A DNA stretch of 55,728 bases, filler included, from Catajapyx aquilonaris (lineage: Eukaryota), in the NCBI GenBank assembly GCA_000934665.2. It is 4 parts of 4 records of this genome, joined end to end, with 100 filler letters (N's around TTAATTAATTAA, not from the genome) between each part and the next. Parts side by side here need not be neighbours in the genome. Positions count along the whole stretch, not along the records: positions 27,979 to 41,811 come from JYFJ02007973.1; positions 41,912 to 55,728 come from JYFJ02007974.1; 2 more parts are not named here. One strand, 5' to 3'. Numbering within the stretch: position 1 is the first letter of the stretch; the number at the start of each line of letters is the position of its first letter. This document shows positions 37,301 to 48,292 of this stretch, one piece after another. A program made the position numbers and the translations under genes. The notes beneath the pieces were generated by a model. The model searched no databases. It saw nothing but the letters and a program-made list of their open reading frames with translations, and had not been told where the DNA came from.

Positions 37301-40194
37301 ATCGGCGTGTTACTCGGAAACCACTATGTAGATCATGTTAGTAGGACCCAAAGTAGCTGGGAAACGCCCGGGATTTCTCTCCCAAAATGTGCAGGGGGTC
37401 AGGGTGACCAAAAATCCGAAAAATTCAAAATATTGACGTTTTTTGGCCTATTTCAAGGTCTGGCAACCACAGTAAGTTTTGGATTTTGTTTTTGCTGGCA
37501 TTAGGTGTTACCTGGGACTAGTCTGAAGCCACTATGATGTTTAAAGTCAATCTTTTATAGAAATTGTAGGTTTTCCAGGGTCTTTTTTATGGATAAAATT
37601 CCGTTTTTTGGTACTTTTTCGTCAATTTTTGGGGAACAGTGTATGGACTTTTTTTTAAAAAAAAGTGTAGCGTAATGGGCTCTTTAGAGACCCTACAATC
37701 AAGGAATAATAGTAGAACTTTCCTGTGCAACCCTAGCACGCATGTGCAAAAGCCTAATCTTGGGTAAAATTGCGTTTTTCCGCATTTTTGGTGATTTGAC
37801 TTTTTTCAACATTTAAAACCAAATATTCCTCGGCTTTAAAATAAATGAATTCTTCTTAGTCTAACAAACTGTCAGGGACCCCCATAGTATGGAAAAAGAC
37901 TACGATTTCCATAAGCAACCCATGTACGCCTCCCCGTTTTCCAGATATTAATTTTTGAAATGTGCATGTTGTTGCATAAAAACAAAAATCACAGCTCAGT
38001 AATTAATTTGTATCTCACTGAATACAAATATACAGGGTGGTCAGTAAATGGCGGACAAGCTTCAGGTAGCGAGATTCCTTGTGGAAAATCAGTATATGGA
38101 AGTGAATGTCATATTGCTCTACGAGGCCTGGTTAGGGCTCACGAGGCCTCCAAAGTTTGGGCCAAATCATGACGTCACATCCGCCCGCGAAATTCCAACA
38201 CTACCGTATCGCTACCGTACGCGGCGTGTTGCTAGGCGTTGCCATGTTGACATCTACCACATGTTCACCAAACAATGGAACCGTATAAACTGCCGGGACG
38301 TTGCCAAGAACTCGGCAACGACGGTATGGCAATGCCTGGCAAAAATTTGTATCTCACTTATAAAAAATATATACCGTGTTTTGATACTATGTAATTTTAT
38401 ACCATGTCTTTCCTTGTAAAATAAAAAATAAAAATAAAATATTTAAAATGGCTTTTTTGAGGAAAAGATTTTTGAAATATGCATGTTTTTGCTTGTTGCC
38501 ATATTTTCACCTCGCATATCTCAACTACACGCGGAGCTAATGAAGGTTTTATTTCATAACCTGTAGGGGGTCACCGAGTATATCACAAAATATAATCAGC
38601 ACAACCATCACGTTTACCATGACAGTGTATTAAATTGCGAAATATGCGCATTTTGACCAAAATATGCAAGATTGGAGATTTTTTTGAAGGTGACTGTACC
38701 ATTAAATAAGGCAAATTTATGCATTACATAACAGTGCATTATTCCAAAAGCATGAGTTTAAAATTTCATATTGGTTTTCAGAACAGTTCCCGAAATACAC
38801 TCATTGAATGCAATGGAAAAAGTGCACCTTCCCGTGCTTGTGATTTTGGTACCCCTTAACTACGTAGGTGGAGCCTGAGAGGCTCCAAGCACTATTTAAA
38901 CGCATGTAACTTTTTCATTGAATTTTATTTTCCCCTGTCCTTCCGTGACTTTGTCAGAAAAACCTTCCTAAGCATGGAAAAAAAAGAAAAATATTTTTAG
39001 TCCCTATTCTTTGGTTTAAAAAAATTCGTAACAAGGAACAGGTCCCTCCTGGAACCACTCTGGCTCTCTATCTCTTAGGTGAAGCCTGAGCGGCTCAAGC
39101 ATGATGTAACGTTTTAATTAAAAATTTCTCCCTGTCAGAATATGCTGACTCAGCGTGTGATTTTTAGATTTTCGGAAGCCTAATGATCTGAACTGCACTT
39201 TCTGTATGTGTAAAGTCCAATATAACAATTTAGTTGATAAGCATAAATTTAAATATACCGTTGGAGCCTCTCAGGCTCCACCTACGTAGTTAAAGGTGTT
39301 TCGCCCACCTACGTAGTTAAGGGTTAAAAGAAATATTAATATCTCGATAACTAAATATCTCGTAAAACTGATGGCTCCATAAGAGTTCAATTGGATGTGG
39401 GTTTCACATATATATTTTTCAAACAAAATCGATGACTATGACTTGACACCTTTTTTCACTCACTGGCTGATATGAAATGGAACCGGACCCTCCAAATGAA
39501 TCATTTCTTTGTTCAGCACCAGCCTCTCTTTTTTCACACCAACAGGTGGGCATAGAGCTGAGTCAGCCAGCTCTAGTTTCAGAGGCCACATGATAAGGAA
39601 GCTGTCATTAAAGCTGCAAGGTCACCAGTGGGTACACAGTAAACAGCACCTTATGAGGCAACCAAGCATCACAAGGGATCAATATTTTTGGATGTGCCAC
39701 TTTTACCAACTGAATTTAGGAGGCATATTTTCATTTTGCTGTTGATGTAAGTTAAGCATGGCTAAATGAGGTTTCAAACTGAGGGTTAACAATACTGAAG
39801 GACGTGCTTGTCATGTCCGGAGTCAAAAAGTGCGGATTTCCAGGCATCTACCCAGCCACAATGCTATTTTTTTTGTGGGACATAATTTATAGCAGTACTG
39901 TGTAGCCTACATGATTTTCACACGCCAATGGCTGGCACTTCCCCTGGAAAGCAAACCAGTGTTCTTAGAAATGATCATGTGCAGTCCTCCTGACATGCAT
40001 GTAATAATTGGCTACACCCAAAATGGGTTTCATATATATGCCACAGCTGTTCCCATAATTTGGTGTATGCAATACGAACCTCCTCGGTTGATGCAGAGCT
40101 CCGTGTAGATATCCAGGGCCTCGGTAGCAGGAACGCTCTTTCGGTCCTGCATAATCTTAACGAAACGCCGACGCACGTTCGTGGAGGCTGCCAT
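31326..40194 (-). CDS. NSMCE1: Non-structural maintenance of chromosomes element 1 (SMC5/6 RING subunit), exons 1-2; remainder of RING not found on this contig
   Basis: Exon 1 40194-40080 (MAASTNVRRRFVKIMQDRKSV..., phase 1) splices to exon 2 31807-31326 (CEVTGIEHYCLV...KKLVEDKWL...LSVLTLAEMEPNL...CCLCENMVIR|gtaag). These match the NSE1 winged-helix region and the start of the RING. Confidence 0.8.
32129..32350 (-). mobile_element. Tc1/mariner transposase catalytic fragment
   Basis: WVFQQDSAPAHKAKTT..WL motif around the second catalytic Asp. Confidence 0.8.
32366..32628 (+). mobile_element. tRNA-derived SINE with V-domain-like central region
   Basis: A box TGGTGGAGTGG, B box AGTTCGATTCC. Core GTTCTCTCCGTGTTCGTGTGGGTTTTCTCTGGGTTCTCCCATTTCCTCCC resembles the V-SINE conserved domain. 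Confidence 0.7.
33616..34350. mobile_element. MITE with about 135-bp TIRs and TTA flanks
   Basis: GATCAAAAACTTTCCCTTCAG... (33616-33750) is the near-perfect reverse complement of 34217-34350. TTA on both sides; internal hairpin at 34098-34140. Confidence 0.8.
35100..35722 (+). mobile_element. tRNA-derived SINE with Deu/Nin-like core, interrupted by a MITE
   Basis: A box TGGACTAGTGG, B box GGTTCGAACC. Core TTCGGAGGGGGAGTAAAGCCGTCGGTCC...CACGTTAAAGATCCC; tail GACGTTAAGCCCC. Confidence 0.7.
35338..35686. mobile_element. PIF/Harbinger-type MITE
   Basis: TIR AGGCGCATTCACACGAGCGACC / GGTCGCTCGTGTGAATGAGCCT, with TTA TSD at 35335-37 and 35687-89. Confidence 0.85.
36349..37118. mobile_element. Palindromic (5'-5' foldback) mariner derivative
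   Basis: Arms 36349-36691 and 36775-37118 are inverted with few mismatches; TA flanks. Each arm encodes a mariner N-terminal HTH (MSFTISGASKVDERAVIQFLCAEG...YSTVKDWVRHFRSGR). Confidence 0.9.
37278..37490 (+). mobile_element. Chapaev3-like terminus, copy 2
   Basis: Matches 14553-14762; TTA|CACAGCG. The element probably extends further right. Confidence 0.55.
38853..39323. mobile_element. piggyBac-like MITE
   Basis: TIR CCCTTAACTACGTAGGTGG / CCACCTACGTAGTTAAGGG|TTAA, with the right TIR duplicated. A second partial copy starts TTAA|CCC at 41562. Confidence 0.75.
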
Positions 40195-41561
40195 TGTCGC
40201 AGGTTTGTAACTGGCCGAGGCTTCTTTCGACCAAAAACTGCAACGAAGAGCACAACCCCATTTTTGTTAGTCAGAGTTCGTCGTCGTCCTGCTTCCGCCA
40301 ACATACCTCCCCAAGGCCCAAGCCGAGTGCGCTAAACCCACCTCCTGGACTCGTGTTCGTACTTGATGCCTAGGAGAACCGACGACCCACAGCCCGAACC
40401 CAGCCCAGCTGTGAGAACAAGAACGCAGACGACCGCCAAACAGCCACACACTGAGAGAGCAGACACGCCCAAGCGATACCACGACAGTTTGTTAGTATGA
40501 CTTCCCCCCGCTCCTTTTTACAGCGCCATTCGAGATATAAATGCGCAATTATCTTGGCAATTATGGAACTCTTTACGCTTTTAAAATACAGAGATTTACT
40601 GAGCGGATTAAACATCATGCTATCTCCATTTATGTGTCTAAGACGAGTGAATATCCGTGGTGGAAATAATTAATAGGATTAATCGGGATTAATAGACACC
40701 TTCCCTCTAGCGGGAGGTAGTCCAAGTACTGTGTATACAGGCGAATCCGTGAGGCGAATGCTCTGAAACTAGATGCCAGCCAGGCAGACAACACGGGAAA
40801 TTCCGCCCTCAACAGTATCTACAGACGCGATTGGTAATTGGTTACTTCGGAGCTCGGAGCTCCGAAGTAGCCAATTGTGAGCCGAGTTGATACGATCCAG
40901 TTGGCCTTTGACCCGAAGCATAATTATGTGGTGTAGGCTCGGCGACTGTTCCAGACTTGTCAGATTTCTGTCATTTTTTCTAACCGTAATGAAGAAGATC
41001 ACACCACTGATCACACCTACAATACAGTACTGAGTACACTATACGAGGCAGGAGGGCAATTCCACGTTAGATCGCCCCCCCAAAAAAAGCTAGATTCACA
41101 CCCGCTATTTTTTAATGAAAGCGAAAATTGGAGTGTCAACTCACACCACAATAGGAAAATATTAGATAAATATATTATTGCCTCATGGGGTCAATAGGTC
41201 ACAAGATACTAGCACGTGAAAAATTCCGAAAACCGTGTTTCAAAATTACCGGTAATTTATTTCTTATGTTGTTACTTATTGTCATATCTCGATCATTTTA
41301 GTACTGAAATTGTGGGAAAGGGAGTTACTATGCAAGATATGTCTTATAAACCTTCAAAAATATATTTGAAGCCATTTTATTCGAGGTCAAAATGCATGAC
41401 TTGTGACCTTTCAAATCAGTATTTCGACATCTCAGGGCAACACTATCATAAGCCACAACAATGTAAAATGAAGGTTACAAACTTACAATGGTTTTGTTAT
41501 ATTGAATATACGCAGTGGTTCTGGGGAAAAATATATCGTAACCATCGGAGCATACTCTTAA

Positions 41562-41714
41562 CCCTTAACTACGTAGGTGGAACCTGAGAGGCTCCAAGCA
41601 CTATTTAAACGCATGTAACTTTTTCATTGAATTTGATTTTCCCCTGTCCTTCCGTGACTTTGTCAGAAAAACCTTCCTAAGCATGAAAAGGAAAGAAAAA
41701 AATTTTTAGTCCCT
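41562..41714 (+). mobile_element. piggyBac-like MITE, partial copy
   Basis: Nearly identical to 38853-39005. Confidence 0.75.
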
Positions 41715-41811
41715 AAGTAGTAGCCCACTGCATATTACGGAGCCTCATGGAAAAATTCCGCAGTGTCGCCACCGTCTATGCGAGTTTAACATGGGAAAGC
41801 GCCACTGCGGC

Positions 41812-41911
41812 NNNNNNNNNNNNNNNNNNNNNNNNNNNNNNNNNNNNNNNNNNNNTTAATTAATTAANNNNNNNNNNNNNNNNNNNNNNNNNNNNNNNNN
41901 NNNNNNNNNNN
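41812..41911. other. Artificial contig linker
   Basis: N-TTAATTAATTAA-N, 100 nt. Confidence 0.95.
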
Positions 41912-42374
41912 CCCCTTGCTTATTTGCACACCGTCAAGACGGCGATTAACGGACGAGCACCTGCCTACACACGGGTGCCAGGACATACACACGCAGCCTC
42001 CCATTGGCTCCAGATCCTGGAAGCGTGTCGCCCACCAGGGTTGCCGCACTTCAAAAACGGGATTTCACACCTGATAGTGTCCACACTTGGTTAGTTGTCG
42101 GGCAGCAATTAGCAACAAATGGTAATGGCTCATGAGTTTGGAACAAAACTTAGAAGAAAACCTCCACGGAAGCAAATCCCGGCCACTTATACATTGCAGA
42201 TGCGGCCTTTTTGCATGTAAATTGCCGTCATATGCAAGAAAGTCGTAACTGCAACGTGTCCTAAGGTTGGTTTCTTATTCCACACCATTTCTATTAATCT
42301 GTTGGAGATGGAGGAACATTTTGTGTAAACTACTTCAATTTCACCCTTTGCTAACAGTGCCAATCCTAGTCGTT

Positions 42375-42697
42375 GCCAAATTTTGACAACACTGCTTGGC
42401 CCACCCCCTCCACTTGGAAGTAGTACATAGGCCACTACCAGCTCTGCACACTACTGCCACTCTCAGGGGGAAAGTAGTACTACATGCACGCTGGTGATGA
42501 GTCACCCCGCGGACAAAGCCCACCAGGGAGCTATAACCCTCCATTAAAGTGGGTCCCACCCTCTCTGACCGCTACATTATGTCCTCTCATTGTTGAACGA
42601 GGAAAGTGAAAACTATTGGTAACTATACTACCTATAGGCGATGAGTCAACACGGACAAACTTGTGGACAGAGAGAATAAGCGGATTAGGTGTACATA
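42375..42697 (+). repeat. Dispersed repeat, unclassified (copy 2)
   Basis: Matches 6031-6377. Confidence 0.8.
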
Positions 42698-43397
42698 TAC
42701 AGCCGAGGATTTATTCCACAGTGTGATAAGTTTCCATTGCAAATCGTGTTGCCAATGCGATACGAAAGTGTACAGTGTGAGGCCTTATAAATTGAAAGTG
42801 CTATGCTCAGCAGCCAATGAGGAGCAGAAGATCCTAGCGCCCAGGATTGGCTTCATGTGGCCAACACCTGGGTGTGTCTCAAGTAAGAAGACCTTCAGCT
42901 ATACATAGAGTGGAAGGTGAAGGAGCCCTATTTTCGATTTGTGACAGATCGTGTGACCAATGCCGTCCTGGGTCGATCACTACAAAACACTGTACTGCAA
43001 GTAAACACCTCGTGGATGGTCGTACCACTTGAGGCCAAACGCGGTAGAAACGTGTCTTTTCCTGAACAATGGTTCTACATAGCATTGGCAAGCAGCATGT
43101 AAAAATCGCTTGCCCTTGAAGTACCCGAGAGTAATTTGGCCGATGAGTAACATGCTGAGACACAATCAGACGCCAGGTGAGTTGCTGCGCTACTTCACTT
43201 TGCATTTTTGCTTACTGGCTCGTGGCCAAGACATGCAAAATCTGCGAACAAGAAGCAGGCCTTCTTGCTTGTAAAACTATCAGGCATCAGGATGGACAGA
43301 GAGCAGCAGGCGTGGCAAGCAAGACTACTTTAAAAAAAAACCCTCGAGAGAGAGAGAGAGAGTATGTTGGTTGGTCCGCGTGTAGTTGTAAACTGAC

Positions 43398-46300
43398 CTT
43401 CGTGCACCCACTTGGCCGAGCGACGCATCCTCTTGACGTACATGCTCTGCCCCTTGCTCTGCTTGTTTGTGGAGTCGCTCAGGGAGGCAGAGATCCTCCT
43501 GGCCAGCTCCACCTGCTCCTGCATGGTCGGATGAAGCTTCGGAGAGTAGAAGTCAGACGACGCGTACATGATACCTGGAGGGAAAAAGGTCACAGGGTCA
43601 GCATGGAACCGGCCTGCGCAGATCAACCAAAAAATGCGATCATTTGCGCAGAAGGTGCGCACTGCAATGCGCAGTCGATTCTCATCTGCGCAAGCAAGTG
43701 ACAAACTCCGACCTACTGCGCAAGTGGATGGACATTGAAGAGTCACTCATTCAATAAGATGCACTTGCAAAGTTTAGATGTCCAGATAAGTTACAACCAT
43801 GTGGGGGGGAATGACAGCAAGGTGCCAATTGAAATATTTCCCTCCAATCAGAAAACCAGAAAATTCAGAAAATGACTCTGATTGGACGGATCATATTTTC
43901 ATACGTCTTCCTTCCATTTTACACCTCTTCTGTAACATTAAAATCGCAGTGGGCGTGTATGGTTATGCCTTTAGTATGTATCCTATTGTTACCGCGAAGC
44001 TTTCGATTGGCCCCCGTCCTGCGCATGCGCAATGGGGGGGGGGGGGGGCGCAGCGCCTCTGTTGGCTCCGCTCTACAGTTTGGGCNGTTCTTGGAACGTT
44101 CAGGATGTTAATCACAAGCCCATAGAGATTAACAATGTATGGCTTCCACCACCGAAGGCCGCAGGTCTAGAAAAAAAAGGGAGCGCCTGCGCCCTAGAAA
44201 AATTCGAGCGAACCGAGGGTTTTTCTAGTTACATTATAAGACAAATTGGCGTCACTATGGGCTGTCAACAGTAAAAATGTAATGTTGCGCATATGAGTTG
44301 CAGCTCACTTGTGCGCAACGCATCTGCGCAGAGGGCTTTCCGCACCTGCGCAGTCGCAAAGGGGCGTGTATACTCACGTCGAGTGGGCGACAGGTCTCCA
44401 GCGGTGAAGTCTGATGCCGGAGTGAAGAGCTTCTCCAGGCTGATCGGCTTGTGGCTGGTTTCCGTGAAGGAGGTCTCATGCTGTTCCTCTTCCTCCTGTT
44501 CGGGACGAGATAAAGGGAACACACTCGGGGTGTAACTATAGCAGCTTGTCTCATCAGACCGCGCAGGATGGCTAGCGGGCAGCAGAAGCGGGGGACCGTG
44601 CAAGAGTGACTAGTAGTATACCAGGGAGACATGCCAGATACGTTTGGTGAGGGAGGTGATGAAGTCTCGCTTGGAAGGGTCGAATCGGTCGGAGGGCTTC
44701 AGGCCGCGCTTGCAGACGACGACGCTCATGGTTGGCGGACGGCGAGCGGCACACACACGCGACACTACCCTCCTTCCACTGATCCTCTCTCGCTCGCAAC
44801 ACCCGCAACAAACACTGGGACTATGCCAAAGGGGCCGCCCCGGGGTGGGGTGGGTAGTAGTCAGTAGTAGCCCTCCCTCCCTTTTTCCCTCGGTGCACTT
44901 CCTAGTACCCAATTTCTGTTTGGTGCGCCCCGGCGCTTTTGGACCCGGTCCAGGTGCTATCTTGGTACACTAGGAAGAGGCACGGATCTAAATAGCTGCT
45001 ACACCACTGATGCCTGCCAGCCAACGCTCAGTCAGTGTGGGTGGGTGGGTGCGGGTATAGGGACAAGGCCGGCCCCGACTCTGCTGCTGCCTGCCATCAC
45101 GACAACACGCGCCTAATTACATTATTCAGACATACCTGCGACTCGGCCATTAGGGACTCGCCGTTCCTGGGGGCGTCGCTCATCAGGTCGCCGCCGAAGT
45201 AGGAGACGTCGTTCTGCCATATAGAATGGACCAGGGTTATTAAGACCAGATCTGCTGATGGTCAGCTGAATGTACGTTACCTCCTGGTACATTGAAGAGG
45301 GCATGGAGATGGGCCGGGGAGGAAGCTGCGATGGCCTCAGCAGAACAGGAGGAGACGGCCACGACGGCTGATTGGGGGGAGAAACATACAACATTATATT
45401 ATAACAACATATTATACTGCGAGGTGGGCGAGTGGTCGGAGCAGGCGGGAATAAGGGTCGAGGTGTTACGGGAGAGACCATGGTTACTCGACGCTCTCCA
45501 GCTAACAACTGGGGAGTTCCTCCACTCATTGCACATGCGCAGAATTGGACCAGTCGGAAGCGTAGTGGTAACAATACGCGTCGGACCAATCAGAGGGCTT
45601 CTGAAAACATGCCCATCACTACGATTTTAATATTATAGATTCGCTCCAGTGTCATATGAGCAAGCAATGTTCAGGAAAAAATTGCTAACATGTAATAACC
45701 ACATGTTGGCGTTTATTGCATATGCATCATGCTCTTCGTGACTAATTATCTCAAATATCGTCTGTCCATCGCCTTCCTATCACATCGCTCAGTGCCACGT
45801 AACTAATATTATCAATGAGGCTTTATAAGAACGCGTGGAACTCATTGTTGATTACTAACAATTATTGCAATAAATGCCTCCTTTTGTTTCAGATCAAAAG
45901 CAGTCAAATTGTCCCCCGAGTATAATTTAAGCGAGGTATGTCTTCGATCGTTGTGGTTGACAGGCTAATGGCAACCACAACGACGCCCATGTGAACCCAC
46001 CTCTAGAGCATGCAGAGACGTACTAATCTAAGAGGCCCCAACTGTAAGGAATGCAACGGTCCAACGAAATTCGGCATTTTCTTGCCAAATATGTAGTACC
46101 TGTGAGGTGACGTCCATGTCCAGCGGTGGCAGCTCCTTCTCCTGCTGACTGCAGTCCAGAACCTGCTCCGGCTGCTGCTCTGGCCTGAGCTGCTCGTTGA
46201 TGAGGTCTGCCATGACCACCTCCTTCTCGATCTCAGAGATGATCTCCTTCAGCTTGTTCTTGATGCTCTCCTGCTGGATCTCGGCTGATCCTCCTCCTCC

Positions 46301-48292
46301 TCCTCCTGCACCCGACCCACCTCCTTCCTCCTGATGGACCTGCTGCTGCTCTTCTTCTGGCCTCTGCTGCTGAGCCTCCTCTTGTTTTCCCTGATCCTGG
46401 CCAGCCACGCCCACCTGAAAAAAGTGCTTCTGTTGACTACAAAGGAGGGGGCTTCCCACACTCAAAATGTGGGAGGTCGTGCAGACTGTAAAACACGGGT
46501 GAAATAGAGGCGGTGATGCGTCACCTCCTGGGCCTGTTCCTCCTGTTTCTCCATCGTAGTCATCTGCTCCTCAAACTCTTGCTGCTCCTGGTCAGCGGCC
46601 TGTTGCCAACTACATGCTGTCCCTTCTTCTGGTAGTGTCGGAGGAGGCTCCCCCTGGGCCTTGTTGCCTCCGATCTCGTTGCCGTTGGCGTCTAATGGGG
46701 CCGCAGTGGTGCCCACAGCCATGGCCTCCTCCAGCAACACCTGTTGGAAACACATCCACAATATTAGGAGAGGCAGCGAAACTGTGGCCATTCTATTCAA
46801 TTGTGTTGCACTGTTGCCACATGCTAACATTATGTGCATTAGATGCATCGTTATTAGTTCAACTTTGATATTGTTAACTTGGCACATCTAGGGAGAAATC
46901 CCAATAAATTAGTACGCAAATCATAAGTAGACTAATGCCATTTCTTCCCTGTCTGACCCATGCTGCATCATGGCAGATGAAGGCCCCTTTTAAGAAGAAT
47001 TGCTTTGGCGGAATAATTCGGCGGAATTACTATCGTAACGGTGACACTTCAAAGAGTAGACAACCTCTTGGGTCTGACAACAAGACGAATGCCTGCACCT
47101 GTCGTATTGACGGAGAAGAAGCCATAACTAAGGCTGCTTATAATCTACGAAAACTATGAAAAATCAGCGCACGAGTCAGCAGACAGACTCCGCAGTCGTA
47201 CACGTGAATCGAACCCGAGACACCACAGGTGGAAAGCCGCTGTCTAAACCACTTCATCACGCCACAACCCTCACTGTCGCTCATTGTGTAACGATGGTTT
47301 CTCTCAGCATGTTTCTTCCAGATTCGCCAATTTCCTCCTTAACATGCTTCGTCGGATGTTTGTCCGACCTGATAGTATCGCTCTCTCTCACTCACACACG
47401 ACCTGAAGGTGGCAGGAGTGTGCAGACGGAGTATGCGCCATCTATGCGCAAAGAATAATACTATGTGGTAAATCGGCGGGCAATCTCATTACAGTCACTG
47501 TCATACTGATTACACGTTTTGGCCAATTTTGGCATCGGGTTCACTAGTATTGTACTAAGCCTCTTCGTGGCTGATGGCCGGTAGTTCCTAGTATAGGTTA
47601 TCCCAATAAGCATGCCCAAATCCTTTTTTCTATTAATTTTATCAGGACCCGTCATGTTTTGAATGAGCCATTTTAGCGAGAAAATCAATCCAGCTTAGCA
47701 TGAAAGCCATAAGAGGAATCTCTATACTCTTATAAACGCGAAAGTTAGTACGTATCTATTATGTTTGTCCGGGCTACCTAACCCACTTCCACACCTCTGA
47801 GAGTGCTGTTGGCACACCGATGTCTTATGTGCCAATGATGGAGGGAAAAGTCCGAATCTTCACTTTTTTTTAAAAAATTGCCCAAAAATGTTGGTTTTTT
47901 AATTATGATTGGTGTTTCATGTGCTGCAATTGTCAGGCTACCACAGATGGCGCTTCTAAGTTTTACTAATTTATCTCATTTATCAATCCCCGTGCGAAGA
48001 ACTGGTCCGCTGCTAGTGTGTACCATATAGAGCCGAATGAAAGATGGTCCCATTAGCACATTTCACTTGCGGATTTTATGCCAATTACGGTAGATCATAA
48101 TTATCTGACTGAGAGGCCACCGTTTTTCTCCCCCCAAGTTCTGGTGATGTCCCGGCTGACCTGCTCGGCATTGTCTTCCTCTTGGTCCAGCGACACCCAC
48201 TCCTCTTCCTCCGACCCTTCCTGATGCACCGCAGCAGTCTTCTCCTCCTCCATCATCATCACCGGTGCCTGTTGCACCTCCATGGTGTCCAT
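43398..48292 (-). CDS. Synaptopodin-2-like/myozenin-motif muscle Z-disc protein (Drosophila CG1674-like), 5' exons; 3' end not found on this contig
   Basis: Exons 48292-48161, 46740-46525, 46414-46100, 45325-45281, 44495-44378 and 43574-43398, GT-AG and in phase. E/Q-rich N-terminus, then ISLEKLFTPASD and HPTMQEQVELARRISASLSDSTNKQSKGQSMYVKRMRRSAKWVHEG (SKG..M..KR..RS.K.V motif). Confidence 0.75.
44622..44729 (-). CDS. Putative alternative first coding exon of the Z-disc gene
   Basis: MSVVVCKRGLKPSDRFDPSKRDFITSLTKRIWHVSL|gtatac; C-rich third positions; phase 0, compatible with the exon at 44495. Confidence 0.45.
47719..48016 (+). mobile_element. Non-autonomous Helitron
   Basis: A|TCTCTATACTCTTATAAACGCGAAAG 5' end; CCCGTGCGAAG...GCTGCTAG|T 3' end; AT insertion site. 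Confidence 0.7.

Larger units (their letters stand above)
34364..38640. mobile_element. Long inverted-repeat (foldback-like) element carrying nested insertions
   Basis: 34364-34520 plus 35727-35860 pair with 38345-38640; 36010-36095 pairs with 37950-38030. True termini are not resolved. Confidence 0.65.

Noticed and set aside
40194..43398. Functional linkage of NSE1 with the Z-disc gene
   Set aside because: They are separated by an artificial linker between unrelated contigs.
44985..44996. MEF2 site upstream of the alternative muscle exon
   Set aside because: TCTAAATAGC does not fit the YTA(W)4TAR consensus.
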